In this document: positions 1 to 7,251 of the stretch, in pieces | How positions within the stretch are numbered: position 1 is the first letter of the stretch | Layout: each line of letters opens with the position of its first letter | NCBI GenBank assembly: GCA_937868875.1 | Contig: CALMNP010000417.1 | Coordinates: 1-44,170, forward strand | Direction: 5' to 3' | DNA: 44,170 bases | From: an uncultured Bacillota bacterium | GTDB lineage: Bacteria > Bacillota > Sulfobacillia > JAMDAP01 | Made by a program: the position numbers and the translations under genes | The notes under the pieces: generated by a model | The model's database searches: none | Seen by the model: the letters and a program-made list of their open reading frames with translations, nothing else | What the model was told of the DNA's origin: nothing

Positions 1-2
1 CC

Positions 3-92
3 ACCGTGCCCGGCCCGGGGGAACTGCAGGTGCGCCTGGACTTCGGCGGCGTGGAGCGCGTGGTGCTGGCGCGGACCCTAGTCGTCTCTTAG
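3..92 (+). CDS. 3' end of an unidentified host gene (partial, 29 codons + TAG)
   Basis: Frame 3 reads TVPGPGELQVRLDFGGVERVVLARTLVVS*. Third positions are almost all G/C up to ~nt 77, as in the high-GC backbone. The last 15 nt (78..92) overlap the convergent small island ORF. Too short to name. Confidence 0.4.
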   Translation, partial: TVPGPGELQVRLDFGGVERVVLARTLVVS

Positions 93-578
93 CGACGGGA
101 AATGGTATACGAGAAAGTCTACGAACTCACTTGGGGCCCACGGATCGGGTCCCACGGGGTAGTGGATATGGTCCTCGATTGGACGAGGATGGTGAACATT
201 CAGGTGAGGCTGTCTGGCAACAGGAGAAGCTTCAGTGGCTAGCGCATTGAAGTCGTATCTGAATACCCATTCGAACTTTCCAGAATAGCACCCGCCATCG
301 GGCTTGCTGAACTGATATTTCCATTTTACCAGGATGTAGTCGTCGTCATCTTCGTACCTTAGCCAAGCCTCCTTAATAAGGAGGTAGTACTGCTTATCCC
401 GGAGATGGAACCCCCTTTCTGGGTCGGTGGTCGATGAGGGGGTAATCTCTCGAATGAAGTAACCCGTATATGGCTGAGGGCGGGTGACCTGCAAGATACC
501 ACCTTTGATAATCGGCTCCAACGACCTAGCCCACAGATGCCGACGCTCTTCCACTCTATCCTTCTTCATGGCCTCCAC
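78..578 (-). CDS. small hypothetical protein (163-166 aa) with an acidic DDDD patch and a C-terminal His cluster; second gene of the low-GC island
   Basis: Open frame 78..578. The start is GTG at 578 or, more likely, ATG at 569..567, which forms an ATGA overlap with the TGA (568..566) of the 930-aa gene and implies translational coupling. GC is ~50%, like its partner. Motifs read from the translation: YEDDDDYILVKWKY, WVFRYDFN, HLNVHHPRPIEDHIHYP. No family is recognised with certainty. There is only a faint, memory-based resemblance to DUF6516/TumE-type small proteins. Confidence 0.75.
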   Translation of the reverse strand: MEAMKKDRVEERRHLWARSLEPIIKGGILQVTRPQPYTGYFIREITPSSTTDPERGFHLRDKQYYLLIKEAWLRYEDDDDYILVKWKYQFSKPDGGCYSGKFEWVFRYDFNALATEASPVARQPHLNVHHPRPIEDHIHYPVGPDPWAPSEFVDFLVYHFPSLRDD

Positions 579-3358
579 CTCGTCAGAAACGGGCTGAGTT
601 CAACGGCCCTTCGAAGTGGCGCTGGGATAGCGAATACGTCCAGCACAGCGTTATCCAGATTCCTCAGGGCGTCGACATGCCTTGAGACACCGAGGAGCCG
701 GTCCCTCTCTGTCACGGCCTCAGTCAGCCCGACTATCGCATTTTGTACTGCATTTACGCTACCTGCAACGCACGACAAGTCCGCCCCTTCAGGAGGCAAT
801 ATGGGAAGAGGCTTGATGAACTTACCATAGTATGCATAGTAGCCTCCCTTTCGCTCAACGCTGGTCACAGCGACAAGCCATGAAAACAGGGCACTGTTAA
901 GTAGTCCGAGCAATAGGGATAAGTCTATGGATTCATCGGATTTCTGTGTGAGAAACGTGCCTCCAATTGGGACCATCGTCCCTTCTGGATCAAGGGCGAA
1001 ACGAGCACGCGGTGCATAGTCCGGACTTAACACCTTGGGAGAACCCGACTGTCGGGGTACGTGTGCCCACGCGTACCAGTCACGAACCTTCGTGCCCCTC
1101 CGCATGAGCAAATCCTTGTTTTCAAGAAGATAGGTATAGGCCTTCGGGTAGGATTTTAGTTCATCTTCAGGCATGAGCCCCCGGGAGTTGTACGGAAAGA
1201 GGCCAGCCAAGTTCCTAGCAGCAAAGAACGCTGAACGAATGAACCGACCAGGCATTACTGGTTGGAGGAGTTGAGACTCCAGAAGAAGAGGTGATTTGTC
1301 ACCTGTAAGCGGTGCACAAAGCCAATGGCGATCTGACGCTTTATCCATCAGGCGCATCAGGAAAACGTCGTCCTTAGCGGTTTTGGCTCCCTCTTTAACA
1401 TTGAACTCAGACTCCAAAGGGTGCCCCACGGCAGTCATGTACTGCCATAATGCGTGCTCTTCGGAATCAAGAAGTAGCCACGGACCTCCCTTTGTCTTCT
1501 GTTCAACGATGCCAAAGCGAACGTCACCTACAGGCGAATCGATCATCGAGGACTTCTCAAGTGTGAAAGCTCTACCTTCATCCGTGTCCGGCAAGTCGTA
1601 GAAACGTACCATCGCGGGGCGAGCCCTACTTGCCTGGCCGGGTCTCATGACCACAACTGATACGTAATTACTAGTGTCAGGAAAGACGTCCACGTCTGTG
1701 AAGTCAACAATCCGAACAATATCATCTGCGATTAGTTTACGGATCGGACTTCCGTGGTGGCCCTTTCCAAGGTTAGACGGCATTACCATCGAAATGGCTC
1801 CGTCTGCCTTTAGCAACCGGGACGACAGTTCAAGAAAGAGGTAGGCTAAGTCGTATCGACCGCGAGCAGACTCATACCGCCTTCTAAGCTCGTCTTGGTA
1901 GTCGCGGTCTAGCGCCCGGCGACCATCCTTGCTCACAAATGGCGGGTTGCCGACAATCACGTCGAATGTCCCACTAAGATCAGATGTATTATCCATTAAC
2001 GAGTCACGGCAAACGATATTTCTCTTCAGGTCGGGCAATGAACTGGACTGGTTGAGAGCGGCGAGAGACAGGTTCAACCGCGCTGCCTCCACCGCACGTG
2101 GATCTTTATCCCAGCCATACAGACTTTTTTGGAGAACCGCGATCCTGTCCGTGAGTGGTATATCGTTGGTGCTGATTCCTTTTGTCTCTGCCATGGTTGA
2201 AATGATCGTTTCAAAGGCGGTAACTAGGAAGGACCCAGAACCGCAAGCAGGGTCAAGGACCTTAGGGAGTACCCCTTTGCTAACAATGGATTTGATTGTG
2301 TCAGCAGTCTGCTTCACCACGTAGTGCACTAGGTACCGAGGCGTGTAGTAGATCCCCTCTGTTTTCCGTACCGACCTCAGGTGGGTTCCCGCGAGTCCGA
2401 AATGCTGCTGCCCTGCTCTTCTGGACTCACGGACAATCACCGATTCTGGCGAATACGACAAGTACTCTTCATAAAAGGCCCCCAGCAAGTCTACATCTAG
2501 CAGTCCGAAGTCTAGTTGAAGGTGGTCAAGTACCGTTGGGGTGTAGAGTCCCGATATAAGCTGCATCGGTGAGAAATCGTTAATCGAATCTAGGTCGGCC
2601 GAATCGTCAGGGTGCCCCTGGAAAAGCGTACTATCATATCGCTCCTTTAGGCGGCTAAGGTATGTAAGAAGCGAAGATTGACCGGCATTTGCGGCCCCGA
2701 GTAAGCTTTTGGGCGGCTCCCACCCGCGGTCTTCGGCATAACGAGCGAATATCAGGCGAGCAAAGAGCAAGTACAGAGCCGAATCCAGGTCGGTAGTTCT
2801 CGATTTGGGGGAATCCGCCAAGACTGCACGTCGCCAAGCCGTAAAATGGCGGAGGAGGTGCTGCACTAATGTCGGACCCCAAGACTCCAAAGGTTTCTGC
2901 GCCAGGGCATAGCGCTCCAAATCACCCGAGTATAGGGCTGTCGGGTACAAGAAATCCAAATCCGCCAAGGAGCCAATAATCTCGTCCCAGGTGCTAGAGA
3001 ATACTGGAACAGGCTCTTTGTGCTCAAGAGGCCAGAGTACGTTGTACAGGCCAATACCGTCGTTCGGGTCTACTGAGGCAAGCCACCTGACGTCCTTGTT
3101 GTAAGCGAGGGTAAGAGCAGGTAGGAGAGGCTGGCCCCCGCAGAGAACGGCCATGTGGGGAATGTTTTGTGCTCCAAAGAAATCCACTCGGACTCCATGA
3201 CTCTCAGGGGAGACAACTGGGCCGTCCCAACCTAGGCCGCTCATCACTCGGGCCAAAACGAGGGCTCCATCTTCACAACTGGCCCTACGGAGGCGCCACA
3301 GGTCCTCAGCAATAGCGCTGGGCAGTGGCACGCGAAACACCTCCTTTGCTTTCTTCAT
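566..3358 (-). CDS. single-chain type IIG-like restriction-modification protein: N-terminal putative nuclease/unknown region, helical spacer, gamma-class N6-adenine DNA methyltransferase, long C-terminal target-recognition region
   Basis: 930-aa ORF. AdoMet motif I is DPACGSGSFL (nt 2254..2225) and catalytic motif IV is NPPF (nt 1948..1937). GIYYTPRYLV precedes motif I. The helical segment LYLLFARLIFARYAEDRGW is typical of Eco57I/MmeI/PglX-type enzymes. About 450 aa follow NPPF, which fits a specificity domain. ATG 3358 has a poor SD. The alternative GTG 3331..3329 lies 8 nt after AAGGAGG (3346..3340). Confidence 0.85.
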   Translation of the reverse strand: MKKAKEVFRVPLPSAIAEDLWRLRRASCEDGALVLARVMSGLGWDGPVVSPESHGVRVDFFGAQNIPHMAVLCGGQPLLPALTLAYNKDVRWLASVDPNDGIGLYNVLWPLEHKEPVPVFSSTWDEIIGSLADLDFLYPTALYSGDLERYALAQKPLESWGPTLVQHLLRHFTAWRRAVLADSPKSRTTDLDSALYLLFARLIFARYAEDRGWEPPKSLLGAANAGQSSLLTYLSRLKERYDSTLFQGHPDDSADLDSINDFSPMQLISGLYTPTVLDHLQLDFGLLDVDLLGAFYEEYLSYSPESVIVRESRRAGQQHFGLAGTHLRSVRKTEGIYYTPRYLVHYVVKQTADTIKSIVSKGVLPKVLDPACGSGSFLVTAFETIISTMAETKGISTNDIPLTDRIAVLQKSLYGWDKDPRAVEAARLNLSLAALNQSSSLPDLKRNIVCRDSLMDNTSDLSGTFDVIVGNPPFVSKDGRRALDRDYQDELRRRYESARGRYDLAYLFLELSSRLLKADGAISMVMPSNLGKGHHGSPIRKLIADDIVRIVDFTDVDVFPDTSNYVSVVVMRPGQASRARPAMVRFYDLPDTDEGRAFTLEKSSMIDSPVGDVRFGIVEQKTKGGPWLLLDSEEHALWQYMTAVGHPLESEFNVKEGAKTAKDDVFLMRLMDKASDRHWLCAPLTGDKSPLLLESQLLQPVMPGRFIRSAFFAARNLAGLFPYNSRGLMPEDELKSYPKAYTYLLENKDLLMRRGTKVRDWYAWAHVPRQSGSPKVLSPDYAPRARFALDPEGTMVPIGGTFLTQKSDESIDLSLLLGLLNSALFSWLVAVTSVERKGGYYAYYGKFIKPLPILPPEGADLSCVAGSVNAVQNAIVGLTEAVTERDRLLGVSRHVDALRNLDNAVLDVFAIPAPLRRAVELSPFLTRWRP

Positions 3359-3436
3359 ACCCTAAATTCGACTTCGCTGGCAAAATCCCTCGTATATCCC
3401 ACAAATTTCTATTATCCTTTTTTGGAGGGACTCCCC

Positions 3437-4501
3437 GTGCTGACCCGCCTTTACCGGCTGCAGGGAACTGAACAGGACTGGGCGGGGGCCCTGGCGGACG
3501 CGGCTCGGGTGCTGCGGTCCGGCGGGCTGGTCGCCTTTCCCACAGAGACGGTCTACGGCCTGGGCGCCAACGCCCTGGACCCGCAGGCCGTTCGCCGCAT
3601 CTTCACGGCCAAGGGCAGGCCGCAGGACAACCCGCTCATCGTCCACGTCGCCGGCGCGGAGCAGGTCCCTGGGCTGGTGCGCCACATCCCCCCCGTCGCC
3701 GAGCGGCTGATGGCGGCGTTCTGGCCGGGGCCCCTGACCCTGGTGCTGCCTCGCCTGGCGGTGGTGCCGCTGGAGGTGACCGCCGGCCTGGAGACGGTGG
3801 CCGTTCGCTTCCCCTCCCACCCCGTGGCGCAGGCCCTGCTGCGCACAGCCGGTGTGCCTGTGGCCGCGCCCAGCGCCAATCGCTCCGGCCGGCCGAGTCC
3901 AACGCGGGCCGAACACGTCATGGAAGATATGGAGGGCCGGGTAGAGGTCGTGCTGGACGGCGGCCCCTGCGGCGTCGGCCTGGAGTCCACCGTGGTGGAC
4001 TGCACTTCGTCCCGCCTGCGCCTGCTGCGCCCGGGCGGCGTGACGCCGCAGGACCTGGAACGGGTGGCAGGGCCGGTGGAGGTGGACCCCGGGGTGCTGA
4101 AGGTGCGGCGCGCCGAAGACCTGGGCCCAGTGGCCTCGCCCGGCATGAAGTACCGGCACTACGCCCCCCGGGGGGAGGCGACGCTGTTCGAGGGCGACAA
4201 GGCAGCCCTGCCGGCGGCCTTGCGAGAAGCGGCCGAAGAGGCGGCGAAACGCGGCCTGACCGTCGCCGTGGTGGCCAGCGACGAGACGCTGGCGGCCTAC
4301 CGGGGACCCGGGTACCCCATCTCTCTCGGCAGCCGGCGGGACCTCCCGGCCATGGCCTCGAGCCTGTTCGACGCCCTGCACCGCTGCGACCAGGTCGGGG
4401 CCGGTCGCGTCCTGCTGGAAGGCGTGGAGCCGGAAGGCGTGGGACTGGCCATCGCCAACCGCCTGCGCCGCGCCGCCGGAGGCCGCGTGGTGCGGCTGTA
4501 G
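3437..4501 (+). CDS. tsaC: L-threonylcarbamoyladenylate synthase (Sua5/YwlC type, t6A biosynthesis)
   Basis: Signatures AFPTETVYGLGANA and SANRSGRPSPT plus a C-terminal Sua5 domain. GGAGGG (3424..3429) lies 7 nt before GTG 3437; the ORF opens at TTG 3422. Confidence 0.9.
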   Translation: MLTRLYRLQGTEQDWAGALADAARVLRSGGLVAFPTETVYGLGANALDPQAVRRIFTAKGRPQDNPLIVHVAGAEQVPGLVRHIPPVAERLMAAFWPGPLTLVLPRLAVVPLEVTAGLETVAVRFPSHPVAQALLRTAGVPVAAPSANRSGRPSPTRAEHVMEDMEGRVEVVLDGGPCGVGLESTVVDCTSSRLRLLRPGGVTPQDLERVAGPVEVDPGVLKVRRAEDLGPVASPGMKYRHYAPRGEATLFEGDKAALPAALREAAEEAAKRGLTVAVVASDETLAAYRGPGYPISLGSRRDLPAMASSLFDALHRCDQVGAGRVLLEGVEPEGVGLAIANRLRRAAGGRVVRL

Positions 4502-4521
4502 CCAGGTCGCGTCCGGCCGAA

Positions 4522-4551
4522 TTGCTGCCCGGATGTTGGCAGTGGTATCAT
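4522..4551 (+). promoter_or_regulatory. candidate sigma-A promoter with extended -10
   Basis: TTGCTG (4522..4527), 18-nt spacer, TATCAT (4546..4551), with TG at 4543..4544. The predicted TSS at ~4558 lies ahead of GAGG and GTG 4576. Confidence 0.4.
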
Positions 4552-4575
4552 GGGGAAAAGCGAGGTGTCGGTTGC

Positions 4576-5046
4576 GTGGGACGTCAGTTCACCCTCGCCG
4601 AAGCCAACGCCCTGTTGCCCTCGGTTGAACCCCTGCTTCGGCACGTGGTGGCCCTGAAGCGGGAGTACGACGGTAAGAAGAAAGAACTTCAGCATTCCAG
4701 GGCTGCGGCCATGTGGAAGGGCCAGTCCGTGGACCGGGACAGCTTCATGGCGGAAGAGACGGAACTGGAGTTTTATGCCGTGGCCTTTCAGGCCGACGCC
4801 CTGCGGCTTCAGGAGATGGGCGTGGAGTTGAAGGATCTGGAGACCGGTCTGGTGGACTTCCCCACGCGGGTGCAGGGCGAGGCCGCCTACCTGTGCTGGC
4901 GGCTGGGCGAGCCGGAAGTGCTCTTCTGGCACGGGCTGGAGGCCGGCTTTGCAGGGCGGAGGCCCGTGGCGGAACTGCCGGGGGAGGCCCTTCCGGAGCG
5001 GGAGCGCGAGAACCGGCAGCTTCCGGACGAGGGGGATTCCGCGTGA
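4576..5046 (+). CDS. DUF2203-like conserved hypothetical protein
   Basis: The N-terminus FTLAEANALLPSVEPLLRHV resembles DUF2203-family proteins (from memory). GTG 4576 is preceded by GAGG. The ORF-track start at 4522 coincides with the putative -35 box. The stop overlaps the next gene (GTGA 5043..5046). Confidence 0.6.
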   Translation: MGRQFTLAEANALLPSVEPLLRHVVALKREYDGKKKELQHSRAAAMWKGQSVDRDSFMAEETELEFYAVAFQADALRLQEMGVELKDLETGLVDFPTRVQGEAAYLCWRLGEPEVLFWHGLEAGFAGRRPVAELPGEALPERERENRQLPDEGDSA

Positions 5047-5582
5047 AGATCTATACCCGGACCGGCGACGCGGGCGAGACCGGCCTTTTTGGCGGCCAGC
5101 GGGTGGGCAAGGACTGCCTGCGCGTCGAAGCCTATGGCGCGGTGGATGAATGCAACGCCGCCCTCGGTTTGGCTGTTTCCACCTGCACCGACCAGGAGCT
5201 TCGCGGCCAACTGCAGCAGCTGCAGCGCGAGTTGTTTGACCTGGGCGCCGACCTGGCCACGCCGGAGGACTCCCCCGGGGCGGAACGCGTCCGCCGCATC
5301 GAGGCCGCCGCCGCTGCACGACTGGAGGGCCTCATTGATCAGGCCACGCAGGAGTTGCCGCCGTTGACCCGCTTCATCCTGCCCGGGGGCACTCAGGCCG
5401 CCTCGGCCCTGCATCTGGCAAGGACGCTGGCCCGTCGGGCGGAGCGGGCCGTGGTGAGGCTGGAGCGGGAAGAGGCCGTCAACCACCAGTGCCTGGTGTA
5501 TCTCAACCGCCTGTCCGACCTGCTCTTCACCCTCGCCCGGCTGGCCAACCACCGAGCCGGTGAGGCCGAGCCCACCTGGTAG
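5043..5582 (+). CDS. PduO-type ATP:cob(I)alamin adenosyltransferase
   Basis: The N-terminus VKIYTRTGDAGETGLFGGQRVGKD and the 179-aa size are typical of the MMAB/PduO/YvqK family. The 110 codons upstream in the ORF-track frame overlap the previous gene and were discarded. Confidence 0.85.
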   Translation: MKIYTRTGDAGETGLFGGQRVGKDCLRVEAYGAVDECNAALGLAVSTCTDQELRGQLQQLQRELFDLGADLATPEDSPGAERVRRIEAAAAARLEGLIDQATQELPPLTRFILPGGTQAASALHLARTLARRAERAVVRLEREEAVNHQCLVYLNRLSDLLFTLARLANHRAGEAEPTW

Positions 5583-5595
5583 GCGGGTGAACAAC

Positions 5596-6135
5596 ATGGG
5601 CGAAGGGACTTCCTATCGCGTGCTCCTGGTCTGCAGCGGCAACACCTGCCGCTCCAGCATGGCCGAGGCGCTGATGAAGGAAACTCTAAAGAAGTTATGG
5701 CCGGAGGGCGCCCAGCGTGTGGCGGTGGCCTCCGCTGGAACTGCCGCCTGGCCCGGCCAGCCCGCCGCCGACCAGGCCGTGGCGGCGATGGCCGAGCGCG
5801 GGCTGGACCTCTCGCCGCATCGGGCCCGACGCCTGGATCAGGTGATGGCGGGCGAATACGCCCTGATTCTAACGATGACCCGCGGCCAGAAGGCCCAGGT
5901 TCAGCAAGTGGCCCGGGACGGCGTGCGCGTCTATACCCTGCGCGAATACGCCCGACCCGAGACGGCTCCTGAGCAGAGCGATATCGCCGACCCCTTCGGC
6001 CTGTCGCTGGACGTCTACCGCCGCACCGCCGAGGAACTGGCGGCCGAATTGGAACGGGCGGTTCTGCGGCTGAAGAACGAGCTGGAAGGTCCCGCGGCGT
6101 TGCCGCCGGGGGACAAGGAGGACAAGACCCCATGA
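5596..6135 (+). CDS. ywlE: low-molecular-weight protein arginine/tyrosine phosphatase (YwlE-like)
   Basis: CX5R P-loop VLLVCSGNTCRSSMAE and acid loop IADPFG. ATG 5596. Position between ywlC and rpiB matches B. subtilis. Confidence 0.85.
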   Translation: MGEGTSYRVLLVCSGNTCRSSMAEALMKETLKKLWPEGAQRVAVASAGTAAWPGQPAADQAVAAMAERGLDLSPHRARRLDQVMAGEYALILTMTRGQKAQVQQVARDGVRVYTLREYARPETAPEQSDIADPFGLSLDVYRRTAEELAAELERAVLRLKNELEGPAALPPGDKEDKTP

Positions 6136-6590
6136 GCATTGCCATCGGCAGCGACCACGCCGGCTTCCCGCTGAAGGAGCACCTGAAGACGGAACTCCAG
6201 GCTATGGGCCTGGAGGCGCGGGATTTTGGCACCCACTCCACGGACTCCTGCGACTATCCGGACATCGCCCACGCCGTGTCCCGCGCCGTGGCCCAGGGTG
6301 AGTGCGAGTCCGGGATTCTGGTCTGCGGCACGGGCATCGGCATGAGCATCACGGCCAACAAGGTGACCGGCGTCCGCGCCGCCCATGTCAGTGACCCCTA
6401 CTCCGCCCGCATGGCCCGCGAGCACAATAACGCCAATGTCCTCTGCCTGGGCGAGCGCGTGGTGGGCCAGGGCCTGGCGGGCGACATCCTGCGCGCCTGG
6501 CTGGGAGCCTCCTTCGCCGGCGGCCGCCACCAGCGCCGCGTGGACAAGATCGGCCAGGTAGAACTGGAGTACCGCGGCCCCGGCAGGTAG
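6132..6590 (+). CDS. rpiB: ribose-5-phosphate isomerase B
   Basis: MSIAIGSDHAGFPLKEHLK and CGTGIGMSITANK (RpiB/LacAB family). ATGA overlap at 6132..6135. Confidence 0.92.
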   Translation: MSIAIGSDHAGFPLKEHLKTELQAMGLEARDFGTHSTDSCDYPDIAHAVSRAVAQGECESGILVCGTGIGMSITANKVTGVRAAHVSDPYSARMAREHNNANVLCLGERVVGQGLAGDILRAWLGASFAGGRHQRRVDKIGQVELEYRGPGR

Positions 6591-6595
6591 GAGGA

Positions 6596-7156
6596 ATGAC
6601 GTTGGACCTGGATCGCATTCGCGCCGATATGGGACAAGCCGCCGAGGAACTGCTGTCCGCGGCGAACCTGAAGCCCGGCCAGATTCTGGTGCTGGGCGGC
6701 AGCACCAGCGAGGTAGCAGGACAGAAGGTGGGCACGGCCGGCAACCTGGAGATCGCCCACGCCATTCTGGACGGCCTGCTGGACGTGGTGGAGGTCCGTG
6801 ACGTCCAGCTGGCGGTGCAGTGCTGCGAGCACCTGAACCGCTGCCTGGTGGTCTCCGAGGAATGCCAGGAGCGCTACGGGCTGGAGCCGGTGACCGTCGT
6901 CCCCGTGCCCAAGGCGGGCGGCGCTCTGGCCACCGCCGCCATGGAACGCCTGGAGCGGCCGGTGGTGGTGGAGTCCATCCGGGCGCACGCCGGCCTGGAC
7001 GTGGGCGCCGTGCTCATCGGCATGCACCTGCGTCCGGTGGCCGTGCCCGTTCGTCTGGCCATCCGTCAGATCGGCGACGCCCCGCTCATCGCCGCCCGCA
7101 CCCGGCCCAAACTGGTGGGCGGCGCGCGCGCTGTCTATCCGGACGCCAACCGTTAG
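6596..7156 (+). CDS. ywlG: TIGR01440/UPF0340 family protein (YwlG-like)
   Basis: LVLGGSTSEV, QCCEHLNR, GMHLRPVAVP and TRPKLVGGARAVY match the YwlG pattern. Synteny after rpiB. Confidence 0.8.
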   Translation: MTLDLDRIRADMGQAAEELLSAANLKPGQILVLGGSTSEVAGQKVGTAGNLEIAHAILDGLLDVVEVRDVQLAVQCCEHLNRCLVVSEECQERYGLEPVTVVPVPKAGGALATAAMERLERPVVVESIRAHAGLDVGAVLIGMHLRPVAVPVRLAIRQIGDAPLIAARTRPKLVGGARAVYPDANR

Positions 7157-7251
7157 CGTACAACAGGCCCCCCGTGGGGTGCCAGTAAATAGCAGGGCGG
7201 GAGCGGTCAAACTGGCCGCGCTCCGCTCGAAGTTCATGGGGAGGAGAACCA

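Noticed and set aside
537-2559. Plus-strand ORFs inside the island (537..830, 1296..1601, 1929..2324, 2296..2559)
   Set aside because: All lie antisense within the 930-aa methyltransferase gene, whose motifs I and IV verify the minus-strand frame. None has an SD or a recognisable sequence.
3362-4381. 339-aa minus-strand ORF next to the island that might have extended the minus-strand operon
   Set aside because: It is high-GC, unlike the island. It is antisense to tsaC, which carries the Sua5/YrdC signatures. Its translation is an Arg/Gly/His-rich string without motifs.
4713-5042. Long N-terminal extensions in ORF-track frames (4713..5042 for the adenosyltransferase, 7731..7889 for dCMP deaminase, 12979..13479 for atpH, 34593..34745, 41639..41722 for csrA)
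   Set aside because: Each extension overlaps the preceding well-supported gene or an intergenic terminator. Each lacks an SD, while an internal start with a good SD reproduces the canonical N-terminus of the family.
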